Shown: positions 1 through 9,749, numbered from the stretch's first letter. The stretch is DNA of 64,000 bases from Candidatus Poriferisodalis sp. (GCF_965204195.1 NZ_OZ241975.1:1401184-1465183), one strand, 5' to 3'. Notes: generated from the sequence alone by a model not told the origin. Translations and numbers: made by a program.

Positions 1-504
1 CCCACGATGATCCCCATGGGCACCTACGAGGCGGCGGACGGGCGCATCAACATCGCAGCACCCGGCGGGCGGCTGTGGCGGGCGTTCTGTGCCGAGATCG
101 GCCGCGCCGATCTAGTCGACGACGAGCGATTCTCGTCGACCAAGCTGCGCTCAGCCAACCGGACCGAGCTGAACAAGCTCATCAGCGAGCAGCTCGCCAC
201 CGCGGGCTGCGACGAATGGGTGGAGCGGCTCAACGCCGTCGGCATCCCGTGCGGGCGCGTCAACACCGTGGCCGAGGCATTTGCCGATCCGCAGGTTCAG
301 CACCTGGGCATGGCCGCGCCGGTGCATCACCCGGTGATGGGCGACATCCGCATCGTGCGCAATGCCACCCAGATCGACGGGGTGCCCGGTGACATCCGAC
401 GGCCCAGCCCGGTGCAGGGCGAGCACACCGACGAGATCCTCACCCAGTTCGGCTTGGACCCCGACGAGATTGCCGCCCTGCGCAACGCAGGCGCCGTTTG
501 CTGA
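1..504 (+). CDS. Family III CoA-transferase (CaiB/BaiF-like), C-terminal part; 5' end outside window
   Basis: ORF 7..504 stays open to position 1 in the same frame. C-terminal sequence (GIPCGRVNTV...GEHTDEIL) is typical of CaiB/BaiF CoA-transferases. Confidence 0.8.
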   Translation, partial: PTMIPMGTYEAADGRINIAAPGGRLWRAFCAEIGRADLVDDERFSSTKLRSANRTELNKLISEQLATAGCDEWVERLNAVGIPCGRVNTVAEAFADPQVQHLGMAAPVHHPVMGDIRIVRNATQIDGVPGDIRRPSPVQGEHTDEILTQFGLDPDEIAALRNAGAVC

Positions 505-563
505 GGCAACCCGCGAAAACCGGCAGGAATTACCCGGCGATTTCCCGCATGAATTGCATCAGG

Positions 564-598
564 CGGCGGGCCGGCAACCTTGAGCCGCCAGCCCGCCG
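564..598. terminator. GC-rich hairpin between convergent genes (possible bidirectional terminator)
   Basis: CGGCGGGC (564..571) pairs with GCCCGCCG (591..598). Inner CGGC/GCCG pairing. Lies between the stop codons at 504 and 616. No clear U-tract. Confidence 0.3.
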
Positions 599-615
599 GC
601 CATTGATGTCAAGCG

Positions 616-1962
616 TCAGATGCTGGCTGCGGCCTCGAAGCCGATGTCGAGGTCGGCGATGATGTCGTCGATCGTCTCGATGCCGACCGACAGGCGCACC
701 AGGTTCGGCTCGACGCCGGTGTCGGATTGCTCCTGCGGCGTGAGCTGGCTGTGCGTGGTGCTGGCCGGGTGGATCGCCAGGCTGCGCACATCGCCGATGT
801 TGGCGACGTGGCTGTGCAGCCGCAGGCTCTCCACGAACTTCTGGCCGGCCTTGGTGCCGCCGTCGATCCCGAAGGCCAGCACCGAGCCGGCCCCCTTGGG
901 CAGGTACTTGCGTGCCCGCTCGTTGTACGGACTCGACTCCAGCCCTGCGTACAGCACCCAGTCGACCTGCGGGTGGCCTTCGAGGTAGTCGGCCACCGCC
1001 ACGGCGTTGGCCACGTGCCGCTCCATGCGCAGCGACAGCGTCTCGATGCCCTGCAGGAACAGGAACGCATTCATCGGGGACACGGCAGCGCCGATGTCAC
1101 GCAGCAGCTGCACCCGAGCCTTGAGGATGAACGATCCTGCGCCGAGCGCGGGCCAGTAGGCCAGCCCGTGGTAGCTGGGATCGGGCTCGGTGAACATCGG
1201 GTGCCGTCCCGAAGCGCCGAAGTCGAACGTGCCGCCATCCACGATGAGGCCGCCGATCGACGTGCCATGGCCGCCGATGAACTTGGTGGCCGAGTGAACC
1301 ACGATGTCCGCACCGTGCGCCAGCGGCTGGCACAGGTATGGCGAGGGCACCGTGTTGTCCACGATCAGCGGGACGTTCACGCTGTGCGCCGCTTCGGCGA
1401 CCGCTTCGAAGTCCAAGATGTCGTTCTTGGGGTTGCCGATGGTCTCGCCGTAGAACGCCTTGGTGTTGTCACGCACCGCGCCGCGCCACGAATCGATGTC
1501 GTCAGGGTCCTCCACGAAGGAGACCTCGATGCCCATCTTCGGCAGCGTGTAATGGAACAGGTTGTAGGTGCCCCCGTACAGCGACGGGCTGGCCACGATG
1601 TGGTCGCCTGCCTCTGCCAGGTTGAGCACCGCCAAGGTCTCGGCCGCTTGGCCCGAGGCCACTGCCAACGCGCCCGGAAGCCCGACCGCTGTGCGCACGC
1701 CGCCCTCGAGCGCGCTGATGCGCTCTTCGAGCACGTGCTGGGTCGGGTTCATGATCCGGGTGTAGATGTTGCCGATCTCCGCCAGCCCGAACAGGTTCTG
1801 AGCATGCTCGGAGCTGTCGAAGGTGAACGACGTGGTCTGGTAGATGGGCACCGCGCGGGCGTTGGTGGCGCTGTCAGGCGCTTGGCCCGCGTGGATCATT
1901 CGTGTTTCGAATCCCAGCTCGGCGAGTGGGTCTGTGGGTGTTTCGCTCATGTTGAGCTCCAT
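616..1962 (-). CDS. metY: O-acetylhomoserine sulfhydrylase / aminocarboxypropyltransferase (PLP-dependent, Cys/Met metabolism family)
   Basis: 448-aa ORF with full-length similarity to MetY/MetZ-type enzymes ([21 protein letters not shown] with the PLP lysine). Start may be ATG 1962 or 1950. Confidence 0.9.
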   Translation of the reverse strand: MELNMSETPTDPLAELGFETRMIHAGQAPDSATNARAVPIYQTTSFTFDSSEHAQNLFGLAEIGNIYTRIMNPTQHVLEERISALEGGVRTAVGLPGALAVASGQAAETLAVLNLAEAGDHIVASPSLYGGTYNLFHYTLPKMGIEVSFVEDPDDIDSWRGAVRDNTKAFYGETIGNPKNDILDFEAVAEAAHSVNVPLIVDNTVPSPYLCQPLAHGADIVVHSATKFIGGHGTSIGGLIVDGGTFDFGASGRHPMFTEPDPSYHGLAYWPALGAGSFILKARVQLLRDIGAAVSPMNAFLFLQGIETLSLRMERHVANAVAVADYLEGHPQVDWVLYAGLESSPYNERARKYLPKGAGSVLAFGIDGGTKAGQKFVESLRLHSHVANIGDVRSLAIHPASTTHSQLTPQEQSDTGVEPNLVRLSVGIETIDDIIADLDIGFEAAASI

Positions 1963-2121
1963 TTCTTACGCCCCATAAGGCGGGCTGTGCCTGACCCGGC
2001 GGGATTGCCGAGCGCGCCGCACTGTACCGGCAAAACCCGACCTGTCCAGTCGGATTTTCTGTGACAGATCTATTGCAGTGCAGGCCGCAGTTATCGGCTC
2101 TGCTTCTTGCGCTTCGGGTCG
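1963..2121 (-). promoter_or_regulatory. Long 5' leader of metY; candidate SAM-responsive riboswitch (unconfirmed)
   Basis: 159-nt non-coding leader with several GC stems (CCGAC..GTCGG, GCCG..CGGC) and a CGGCAAUCCCGCC element reminiscent of the SAM-I/SAM-IV core. No covariance search was possible. Confidence 0.2.
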
Positions 2122-3147
2122 TCAGAAGCCGGTTTGCTTGTCGACGACGCCTTCTAGCGGGCGGCCTTCGCGTAGGGCGACGAGGTTGCGGCAGAAGCGT
2201 TCCAGGTTGCGCCGTGCGCGGTGCTGGCTCGCCCCCGCCGTGTGGGGTGTCATGACGCAGTTGTCGAACCTCCACAGCGGGCTGTCAGCAGGCAGCGGCT
2301 CGATCGGTGCGACGTCGAGGGCGGCCCCGCCGATCCGGCCCTCGGCCAGCGCCCGCTCTAGCGACGGGCCGTCGATGATCTCGCCGCGGGTCACGTTGAG
2401 CAGGATGGCGCCGTCGGGCATGAGGGCAAACATCTCGTCGTCGAACATCGATCGGGTGTCGGCAGTGAGCGGCAGCCCCACCGCCAGCACGTCGCTGCTG
2501 GCCACGACGTCCCGCAGCGATTCGGGGCCGCCGACCGTTTCGACGCCCTCGCCGGGTGGCACCGGGTACAGGTCCATGGCCTGCACTTCCATGCCGAACG
2601 CGGCTGCGCGGCGGGCGATGTGCCGGCCCGTGCCGCCGAACCCCAAGATGCCCATCGTGAGGCCTTCCAGCTCCAGCTCGCTGTAGCGCATCTGCTCGCG
2701 GAGATCGTTGTCCCAGCCCTCGGGACCCAGCTTCACGGCGGTTGCGATGCGCCTGACCAGTGCGAGCAGCAGGCCGAACGCGTGGTCGGCCAGGTGGCTG
2801 CCGACCAGTCCCTTCTCGCCGGTGAGCACCACATCGCTGGCGAGGAACTTCGGGTACATGAACATGTCCACACCCGAGGCCGTCGCATGGATCCAGCGCA
2901 GGCTCGGGGCTGCGTCGAACAGCCACTCGGGCACGATGCCAAGGATCACCTGCGCATCGGCGGCCAGCGGAACGCCGTCTCGCACACGGTCCACGATGTT
3001 CACGACGGCGCCCGACCCTGCTGCGTTGCGGATGGCAGCTTCGTCGGCGGGGCTGACATCGGGCAGCGTGAGCGTTTTGGTGACCAGCACGTTGAGCGGC
3101 CCGTCGGGCACGTCGAGGACGGTCGGGCCGGGTGGTGTAGTACTCAC
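2122..3147 (-). CDS. D-isomer-specific 2-hydroxyacid dehydrogenase family protein
   Basis: NAD-binding GFGGTGRHIA motif and conserved R/E/H catalytic region. GTG 3147 overlaps the upstream stop (GTGA). The upstream 73 codons of the ORF are Arg-rich and judged non-coding. Confidence 0.85.
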   Translation of the reverse strand: MSTTPPGPTVLDVPDGPLNVLVTKTLTLPDVSPADEAAIRNAAGSGAVVNIVDRVRDGVPLAADAQVILGIVPEWLFDAAPSLRWIHATASGVDMFMYPKFLASDVVLTGEKGLVGSHLADHAFGLLLALVRRIATAVKLGPEGWDNDLREQMRYSELELEGLTMGILGFGGTGRHIARRAAAFGMEVQAMDLYPVPPGEGVETVGGPESLRDVVASSDVLAVGLPLTADTRSMFDDEMFALMPDGAILLNVTRGEIIDGPSLERALAEGRIGGAALDVAPIEPLPADSPLWRFDNCVMTPHTAGASQHRARRNLERFCRNLVALREGRPLEGVVDKQTGF

Positions 3148-3923
3148 GAGATCGTCGCCTCCACGTCTCCAATGCCGCTGTAGCTGGTCACCCAGCGTTG
3201 ACCGGGTTCGGCCCGGAAGCGGGCATACGCGCCGGTGATCACGCTCTGGCCCGGTTCCAGTGCCATGCCGTGCCGGTGCAGCGTGGCCGCGAGCCGGGCG
3301 ATCGACAGGTAGGGGTTGTCGACCTCGGCGGCGGCGGTGCAGCTGAACTGTTCCTCGCCGTCGCATGACACCGTCACCACGCAGCGGTCGAGCTCGGGCG
3401 CAGGAGGTGCGTCAACACCCGAGCCCCGCACGATGGCCCAGTTCGTCAGGTTGTCGGCGACGAGCATCGCGAGATTGCCCGCAACGGCCACCCGCGCCTC
3501 GTTCACCTCGTAGCCGGCGCAGACCTGCGCGATCCGGGCGGGCACCGAGGCCGGATCGACATCGTCGCCGGCGATGCGCTCACCGATCACGAAGCACATC
3601 TCGGGTTCGATGCTCACTTTTCGGATCTCTGCCGATGGCAGATCAGCGGGCGATGTGAGCACCCGGTTGACATGCCCGAACGGCCGGTCGTCGATGCCTA
3701 CGGTCGTGCGAGCCCGGTCCGAGGTGAGCCCCACCTTCCAGCCGGCGTGCACTGCGCCGGCTGCGACAGCTCGTCGCTGCATCTCGCACTGGATGGCAAG
3801 CCCATCCTCGAAGCCCAAGTCGGCGAACGCCTCGACCGGCGCCTCGCCTCCATCGGCGAAGTAGGCGGTCAGGGCGTCTGCAGCCGCAAGCTGGTCGGGG
3901 TTGAGCGGTCGTGGCGGAGTCAC
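3144..3923 (-). CDS. 2-keto-4-pentenoate hydratase / 2-oxohepta-3-ene-1,7-dioate hydratase-like (MhpD/HpcG family)
   Basis: 259-aa ORF; GWKVGLTS, FGH, EPE.CFV motifs typical of the MhpD-type hydratase family. Confidence 0.7.
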   Translation of the reverse strand: MTPPRPLNPDQLAAADALTAYFADGGEAPVEAFADLGFEDGLAIQCEMQRRAVAAGAVHAGWKVGLTSDRARTTVGIDDRPFGHVNRVLTSPADLPSAEIRKVSIEPEMCFVIGERIAGDDVDPASVPARIAQVCAGYEVNEARVAVAGNLAMLVADNLTNWAIVRGSGVDAPPAPELDRCVVTVSCDGEEQFSCTAAAEVDNPYLSIARLAATLHRHGMALEPGQSVITGAYARFRAEPGQRWVTSYSGIGDVEATIS

Positions 3924-4012
3924 AGCGGCGCACCTTAGAGGCAGCGCAGCACCCGGGTCACATGTCCGGGATCGTCCTTTGCGGCAGAGGGTGCTCGCCG
4001 TAGTGTGAGCTC

Positions 4013-4456
4013 ATGAGGTTGCAACTGGCACTCAACGTGGACGACATCGACGATGCGGTCGACTTCTACTCGCGGCTCTTCGGCGCCGAGCCTGCCAAGC
4101 GGCGCGAGGGCTATGCCAATTTCGCTATCGACGAGCCGCCTCTCAAGCTGGTGCTGTTCGAGTCGTCCGGCGACGGGGGCACCATCAACCATCTCGGGGT
4201 CGAGACCGAGTCCGCCAGCGAGGTGGAGCAGGCTCATGCCCGCATGGTCGAGGCCGGCCTCACCGCCTCCACCATCGACGAGACGATGTGCTGCTACGCC
4301 GAGAAGGTGGAGACCTGGGCCACCGATCCGCACGGCATCGACTGGGAGTGGTACGTGAAGCAGGGTGACGTCGAAGTGATGAACAACGTGGTGCTGTCAC
4401 GACGCGGTGACGGCGTCGAACGGCCCAGCGACACTGAAGACGCCTGCTGCGCGTAG
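4013..4456 (+). CDS. ArsI/CadI-family glyoxalase/VOC metalloenzyme
   Basis: N-terminus MRLQLALNVDDIDDAVDFYSRLFG and the CC pair (ETMCCYA) are typical of CadI/ArsI-like VOC proteins. Confidence 0.75.
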   Translation: MRLQLALNVDDIDDAVDFYSRLFGAEPAKRREGYANFAIDEPPLKLVLFESSGDGGTINHLGVETESASEVEQAHARMVEAGLTASTIDETMCCYAEKVETWATDPHGIDWEWYVKQGDVEVMNNVVLSRRGDGVERPSDTEDACCA

Positions 4457-4471
4457 CGGCGCCCGCAGTCG

Positions 4472-5299
4472 CTATTTCTGAGGTCGGCGCTCGCGCAGCA
4501 GCACTTCCTGGGCGATCGTTGCGACGTGGCTGCCGTCGGGAGCGAACAGGTTGCCCACGGTCATGCCGCGAGCGCTCGTGAGACCGTGGCAGTCGAACTG
4601 GTACAGGTGCCACTCATCGGCGCGCATCGGGCGGTGGAACCACATTGCGTGATCCAGTGACGCGCCCATGAACGACTCCTGGTACTGCTCGCGGGGCACT
4701 TGCAGCGGGTGCAGCGAGCGGGCGGCGTTGAACTGGATGGCATCGGAGGTGAACGCCAGCCCGCAGATGTGCAGCCGGGGGTCATCGTCGATGGGATCGA
4801 TGATGCGCACCCAGCCCATCGACTGGCCCGCCCCCGGATGGCTCGGCAGCGGGCGGCGCTCCATGATCCACGGCCAACGCTCCTCGTCGATGTTGCGACA
4901 GTCCTGCGGGTCGGGGGCGAGGGGGATGCGTGCCGTCTGCACCTCGGCGTCCTGCTCGGCCACATGGAACGAGCACGACAGGTTCAAGATGGCGCCGCCG
5001 CTCTGGCGGGCCACGACGGCCCGGGTGCAGAACGAGCGGCCGTTGCGCAGGCGGTCCACCTCGTAGCGGACCGGCTCGTCGAGCGTGCCCCCGCGGATGA
5101 AGTAGGCGTGCACCGAGTGCGGCACGAACGCCTCGTCGACGGTCTGGAACGCCGCCCACAGGCCCTGGGCAATGACCTGCCCGCCGTAGATCCGGCCCCA
5201 CATGTACTCGGGGCTGACGCCGACATAGGTGTCGGGGCCGTGCTGCTCGAGGAACATGACCTCGCCGTACGTGGTCGGCGCCGAGATGCCGCTGGTCAC
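4472..5299 (-). CDS. tesB: Acyl-CoA thioesterase II
   Basis: Double-hotdog TesB-like sequence (YGGQVIAQ, RNGRSF, HSLH-type C-terminal half). GTG 5299 gives a GTGA overlap with the upstream ACAD stop. The track ORF extends to 5326. Confidence 0.85.
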   Translation of the reverse strand: MTSGISAPTTYGEVMFLEQHGPDTYVGVSPEYMWGRIYGGQVIAQGLWAAFQTVDEAFVPHSVHAYFIRGGTLDEPVRYEVDRLRNGRSFCTRAVVARQSGGAILNLSCSFHVAEQDAEVQTARIPLAPDPQDCRNIDEERWPWIMERRPLPSHPGAGQSMGWVRIIDPIDDDPRLHICGLAFTSDAIQFNAARSLHPLQVPREQYQESFMGASLDHAMWFHRPMRADEWHLYQFDCHGLTSARGMTVGNLFAPDGSHVATIAQEVLLRERRPQK

Positions 5300-6546
5300 A
5301 GCAATCCCTTGCGCGACTGCCGCCAAGGCACATCACGGTCGAGGCGGGGTTCGCCAGGGAGGCCGAGCACTCGCTCGCCCAGGATGTTGCGCTGGATCTC
5401 GTCGGTGCCGCCCCGTATCGACATCGACGGTGCCGTCACCGTCTCGATGTAGCCGTGACCGTCTTCGAGCATGCCTGCGGCTCCCGCGGAGCGATTCGCC
5501 AGATAGGCGCGCCGCTTGTACGACGACACCGTCCTCAGCTTTGCACCGCTGCCTGCCGGTCCCGGACTGCCGCCCGACCGCGCCTCGTCCGCCGCCCGCT
5601 GGGCGGTCCAGCGCGATGCCATGTCGGCGGCGTAGATCGACATGGCTTCGTCGCGTCTCACCTTGTCGTCGAGTGCCCCGAGCGCGGCCAGATCGGTGAT
5701 CCATGTGGGAACGCGGGCGCCACGCTTCGCACCGTCGCCCCCGCCGCGGCTGCCGGCGCCGGCACGCTCGTGCGAGAGGATCGTCATCGCAACCCGCCAA
5801 CCCTCACCCACATCGCCAACCCGCCAGGCATCCGGAACAACAGCGCCGTCCACGAACACCTCGCTGAAATGGGCGTCGTTGTTCATCTGCCGCAATGGCC
5901 GCACGTCGACGCCGGGTGCGTCCATGGCGATCACGAACATCGTGAGTCCCTTGTGCTTGGGCTGTTCCGGGTCGGTACGGGCCAGGCAGATGGCCCACTC
6001 AGACCACATCGCCCGACTGGTCCAGGTCTTCTGGCCGCCGAGCCGCCATACCTCGCCGTCCTGTGCAGCGCTCAGGGCCACGTTGGCAAGGTCCGATCCG
6101 GCCTCGGGCTCGGAGAACATCTGGCACCAGATCTCGGCGCCCGATGCAATCGGCCGCAGCCAGCGATCCTGCTGCTCTGCCGTTCCGTGCGCCAGCAGGG
6201 CAGGGCCCACCATGCCGAGACCGATCGCGAACGGGTAGAGGTCGGGCACCACGTACTCACGCAGCACCGAGCCGATGAGCTGGTTCTCGGCCACCGAAGC
6301 ATCTCGGCCGCCATGGGTGGCGGGCCAGGTCGGCACATGCCAGCCGCCGTCCACGGTCGCTGCTAGGTAAGCCCGGCCCTCGTCGAGGTCGTCGCTTCCC
6401 GCCCCCATCGACGTCAGGCGCGTCTGGTCAGTGCGACGTTCGAGCAGCCCGTCGAGAGCCGCCCGGATGTTGTTTGCGGTGAGCTTCGTTGCGGCGCCGT
6501 CGGTGCCGACCGTCGCTGCTGGCGTCTCCGATGAAGTTGGCATCAC
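5296..6546 (-). CDS. Acyl-CoA dehydrogenase
   Basis: 416-aa ORF with ACAD N, middle and C domains (GSD, KTWTS, GGTDEIQRN). Confidence 0.9.
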   Translation of the reverse strand: MMPTSSETPAATVGTDGAATKLTANNIRAALDGLLERRTDQTRLTSMGAGSDDLDEGRAYLAATVDGGWHVPTWPATHGGRDASVAENQLIGSVLREYVVPDLYPFAIGLGMVGPALLAHGTAEQQDRWLRPIASGAEIWCQMFSEPEAGSDLANVALSAAQDGEVWRLGGQKTWTSRAMWSEWAICLARTDPEQPKHKGLTMFVIAMDAPGVDVRPLRQMNNDAHFSEVFVDGAVVPDAWRVGDVGEGWRVAMTILSHERAGAGSRGGGDGAKRGARVPTWITDLAALGALDDKVRRDEAMSIYAADMASRWTAQRAADEARSGGSPGPAGSGAKLRTVSSYKRRAYLANRSAGAAGMLEDGHGYIETVTAPSMSIRGGTDEIQRNILGERVLGLPGEPRLDRDVPWRQSRKGLL

Positions 6547-6619
6547 GTGTCTGCGCTGGAAGCCGTCCGTGCCGAGAGTGCCGCGTCCAGCGTGCGTGCG
6601 GCGGCAGCGAGGTTTGGCA

Positions 6620-7438
6620 TCAGCTGCGGGTGAAGTTGGGCGTCCGGCGCTCGTTCATGGCGTTGACTCCCTCGCGCCAGTCGTTGGTGGTGCGCAGGCG
6701 ATCCTGCTCGGCCTTCTCGTTGTCGGTGGCCACCTTGATGGCATCGGTCAGGTGGCCGCGCATGGTGTAGCGGATCGACTCGACAGCCAGCGGCGCCGAA
6801 CCGGCGATCTCGCAGGCGAAGTCGTAGGCGACTTGGCGCAGGTCGTCGAGCGGCACCAGCTTGTCGGCCAGCCCGATGTCGACGGCTTCGTCGCCCTTGA
6901 CGCGCCGGCCGGTGTAGAGCAGATCCAGCGCCTGCTGGTTGCCGACGAGCCGGGGGAGCGTCACGGTCAGCCCGAATCCGTGGTGGAAGCCGAGCCGGGC
7001 GAAGTTGGCGGTGAATCGGGCCTCCGGTGCCGCGATGCGAAAGTCCGGGAAGCAGGCCACGCCCAAGCCGCCGCCGACTGCCGCTCCCTGGATCGCGCCG
7101 ACCACCGGCTTGCGCTTGGAGAACAGGTCGAAGGCTGCGTCGTAGAGGTGACGGGGACTGCCGTCGGCGTTGGTAGCGGTGATCTCGCCGCCCCGCCGCC
7201 CGTCGCTGCCGAACTGGGCGCCCGCGCAGAAGTTCTTGCCCTCCGAGCACAGCACGCTGGCCCGGCAGCCGTCCTCTTCGTCGAGGTCGCCGAATGCGGC
7301 AACGAGCCCGTCGATCAGCTCCAGATCGAAGAAGTTGTTCGGCGGTCGGTGAATTTCCACGACCGCCACGTGGTCATCGCTCAGCTTGACCGAGACATCC
7401 CCGTACTCGCCGAATTCGTCAAAGGTGCTCTCATCCAT
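6620..7438 (-). CDS. Enoyl-CoA hydratase/isomerase (crotonase family)
   Basis: From ATG 7438 (MDESTFDEF...). Crotonase signature FCAGAQF and GGG oxyanion region. The upstream part of the 463-aa ORF is Ser/Arg/Pro-rich and non-homologous. Confidence 0.85.
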   Translation of the reverse strand: MDESTFDEFGEYGDVSVKLSDDHVAVVEIHRPPNNFFDLELIDGLVAAFGDLDEEDGCRASVLCSEGKNFCAGAQFGSDGRRGGEITATNADGSPRHLYDAAFDLFSKRKPVVGAIQGAAVGGGLGVACFPDFRIAAPEARFTANFARLGFHHGFGLTVTLPRLVGNQQALDLLYTGRRVKGDEAVDIGLADKLVPLDDLRQVAYDFACEIAGSAPLAVESIRYTMRGHLTDAIKVATDNEKAEQDRLRTTNDWREGVNAMNERRTPNFTRS

Positions 7439-7577
7439 GCGGCGAGCGTAGATGCGCCGCCCCCAGAGCGCTCCGCTCAGGCCAGGGTGCCTACGGCGCG
7501 CACCTCGGCAGGAGACGGCGAGGCTCGGCCCCGCCGCAGCGCGAAGCAACTCAAAGTCACACACATCAGAATGAGAA

Positions 7578-7853
7578 TTATCGGTTGTAGTAGCGCTGTT
7601 GCATCTCGGCGACCATGTCCTCGTCGACCGGACCTGACTCGGCCTCCCAGTCCCGCAGCAGGGCGACGCTGGGACGGGGCGACGCGTCGTCGAAGTAGCA
7701 CTCGACCGCTTCGCGGATGTTGTCGCGGATCTCCTCGATGGTCTCCGCTTGGGTGTGGATGCCGAAGTCGAGAGCGCTGGCGGAGTAGCCGCCATCGACG
7801 TCGTCATTGCTGACCTCGAAGTTGATCTCGGAGTTCGTGGGCGACACAACCAC
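7578..7853 (-). CDS. HicB-like / UPF0150-family antitoxin-like protein (no DNA-binding tail)
   Basis: INFEVSNDDVDGGYSASALDFGIHTQAETIEEIRDNIREAVECYF matches the HicB N-terminal fold pattern. No HicA partner found. Confidence 0.6.
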   Translation of the reverse strand: MVVSPTNSEINFEVSNDDVDGGYSASALDFGIHTQAETIEEIRDNIREAVECYFDDASPRPSVALLRDWEAESGPVDEDMVAEMQQRYYNR

Positions 7854-7892
7854 CTCCCTTCTGGCGCCTGTTGCCAGTCACGGTCGAGTACT

Positions 7893-8216
7893 TCAGGCGG
7901 GGGTGCGCACGCCGCGTCGCTCGGCGAAGTCGACGGTGAGCACGACATCGAGAGCTTGAGCGGCGCGTTGCAGCGTGGACAGCGTCGCGGCGACCATGCC
8001 GGCCTCGACACGTGCCACCTGTGCTTGGCTCGTTCTCATCCGCCGCGCCAGCGCACGCTGGCTCAGGCCTGCAGCCTCTCGGAGTTCCCGGATGGAATTG
8101 CCGATCTGGAAGGCGAGTTCGACGGCCTGACGGCCCTCCTCGAACTCGGCTCTCTCTTCAGCGCTCATCTCGTTGAGACGACGCTCGGCAATCTGGTCAA
8201 TGGTCGATCTGCTCAT
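7893..8216 (-). CDS. higA: XRE-family HTH antitoxin (HigA-like)
   Basis: HTH segment IRELREAAGLSQRALARRMRTSQAQVARVE. ATG 8216 overlaps the toxin stop (ATGA). Confidence 0.8.
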   Translation of the reverse strand: MSRSTIDQIAERRLNEMSAEERAEFEEGRQAVELAFQIGNSIRELREAAGLSQRALARRMRTSQAQVARVEAGMVAATLSTLQRAAQALDVVLTVDFAERRGVRTPA

Positions 8217-8548
8217 AATGACTCCTCTTCTTCGGAGGCAATGCTCCGCTGCATCGCCTTTCGCGCCCTGCGGATCTCGGGCTGCTCGCGCCGCCGCTGC
8301 TTGCGAAACACCGTCATCAGCACGATTTGTTCGCGAGACGCGAATCGGAACGTGATGCGCCATGAGACGCTTCGAAGGTCGAATCGAAGTTCGAAGAGAC
8401 CCTCGCCCAGCGATCTTGTCGCAGGCGGTCGCAGCTTGTTGCCTTGCGCCTCCAATCGCTGAATATGGGCTAGGGCGGTGGCGAACTCTCGCGGTTGTAA
8501 TGAGTCAAGCCAGGACTCGGCCTCATCCTCGACCTCCACCACCCACAT
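8213..8548 (-). CDS. higB: RelE/ParE-superfamily toxin (HigB / phage Gp49-like)
   Basis: 111-aa ORF resembling Gp49-like addiction-module killers (LGEGLFELRF...WRITF). Toxin-first order with a downstream XRE antitoxin. Confidence 0.8.
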   Translation of the reverse strand: MWVVEVEDEAESWLDSLQPREFATALAHIQRLEAQGNKLRPPATRSLGEGLFELRFDLRSVSWRITFRFASREQIVLMTVFRKQRRREQPEIRRARKAMQRSIASEEEESL

Positions 8549-8627
8549 GACACCAAAGATGGTATCAGCAGGATCGTCCGCCGCCGGGCCACGCGACGAG
8601 GCGACGGTGCCAACCGGGGGAGGGGGT

Positions 8628-9749
8628 TCAGCCCAGGGCGGCGGTGCCGCTGGTGATGAGGGGGTAGAGGCCGTCGGCGCCGACGCCGGTGGCCATCTCG
8701 CCGAGCACGGCCGACCAGTGCGCGTCAGAGCCGTATTCCTTGCGCCAGCTCCACAGCCGGCGGCTGAAGTGGTGCAGCGGGTATTCCTGGGTCATGCCCA
8801 TGGCGCCGTGTGCCTGGTGGCAGGCCTTGGTGGCCCGGGCCGCCGCCTGGTTGGCGACGAGCTTGGCAGCGGCGATCTCGAACGGCGCGTCGCCCCGGGT
8901 GGCTTCGCGGGCGGCGACCTCGGCGGCCATGCGCACCAGCGCCGCGTCCTGCGCTGCCCAGACCAGATGCTGCTGGACTGCCTGGAAGCGCGCCACCGGT
9001 CGGCCGAATTGGACCCGCTCGTTGGTGTAGCTGACGGTGAGCTGGCACATCTTCTCGATTGCGCCGGCCATCAGCGCCACCCTCGACAGCGCGCCGCGCT
9101 GCGCCAGCGCGCTGGCGTCGACGCCTTCGGGCGCAGGCGCTGCTCGTCCGGTCGCTCCATCGAAACTGACGGTGTCGCGGGGCTCGCCCGCCATGTTCGG
9201 CAGCGGTGTGATCGTGCACACCGATGCTGGAACCGACACGACCATCGACGTGCCGTCGCATTCACAGACGCACACGATCGCCTCGGCACTGCGTGCCCAC
9301 GGCACGCGGTGGGTTTCGCCGCTCAGCACCGCAGTGCCGTCGCCGTTGAGGCTCGCCGAGCACGTTCCGCCACCCGACCAGCCGCCGTCGGTTGCTCGGG
9401 GCGGGACGACCGTGACGAGGCCATCGGGGCGTTCGAGGCCGGCTTCGGCCAGCAGCCAGCCGCCGAGGATGCCGTTCTCGGCAGCGGGGATCGGCGCCGA
9501 GTGGTAGCCGACGAGCCGCAGCACCTCGATGGCCTCTGCGAGCGTGCCGCCCGATCCGCCAGCATCCTCGGGCACTGCGATGAGGTCGAAGCCGGTCTCG
9601 CAGAATGCCTCCCAGATGTCGGGTGCGCCGCCGCTGTCCTCGGCGGCCTGCACCGCTTCGTGCGTGCACAACTCGCCGAACAGCCGGTCGGCCGTCTCGG
9701 TGATCAACTCGTCGACCACGACTGGCTCGGGTACCGTCGTGGCGGTCAT
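8628..9749 (-). CDS. Acyl-CoA dehydrogenase family protein (second subunit of an overlapping pair)
   Basis: From ATG 9749 (MTATTVPEP...), ATGA overlap with the upstream ACAD. ACAD C-terminal domain similarity. The upstream 95 codons of the ORF are Gly/Arg-rich. Confidence 0.85.
   Translation of the reverse strand: MTATTVPEPVVVDELITETADRLFGELCTHEAVQAAEDSGGAPDIWEAFCETGFDLIAVPEDAGGSGGTLAEAIEVLRLVGYHSAPIPAAENGILGGWLLAEAGLERPDGLVTVVPPRATDGGWSGGGTCSASLNGDGTAVLSGETHRVPWARSAEAIVCVCECDGTSMVVSVPASVCTITPLPNMAGEPRDTVSFDGATGRAAPAPEGVDASALAQRGALSRVALMAGAIEKMCQLTVSYTNERVQFGRPVARFQAVQQHLVWAAQDAALVRMAAEVAAREATRGDAPFEIAAAKLVANQAAARATKACHQAHGAMGMTQEYPLHHFSRRLWSWRKEYGSDAHWSAVLGEMATGVGADGLYPLITSGTAALG

Noticed and set aside
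727-2064. 445-aa ORF on the plus strand covering the metY region
   Set aside because: It is entirely antisense to a full-length, strongly recognisable metY. Its Arg/Gly/His/Val-rich composition is typical of shadow ORFs in high-GC DNA.
7439-7577. Missing HicA toxin next to the HicB-like gene
   Set aside because: Neither strand of the 139-nt spacer (nor the 39-nt gap upstream) holds an ORF of HicA size or sequence. The overlapping 74-aa ORF 7477..7701 is Arg-rich and in another frame of hicB.
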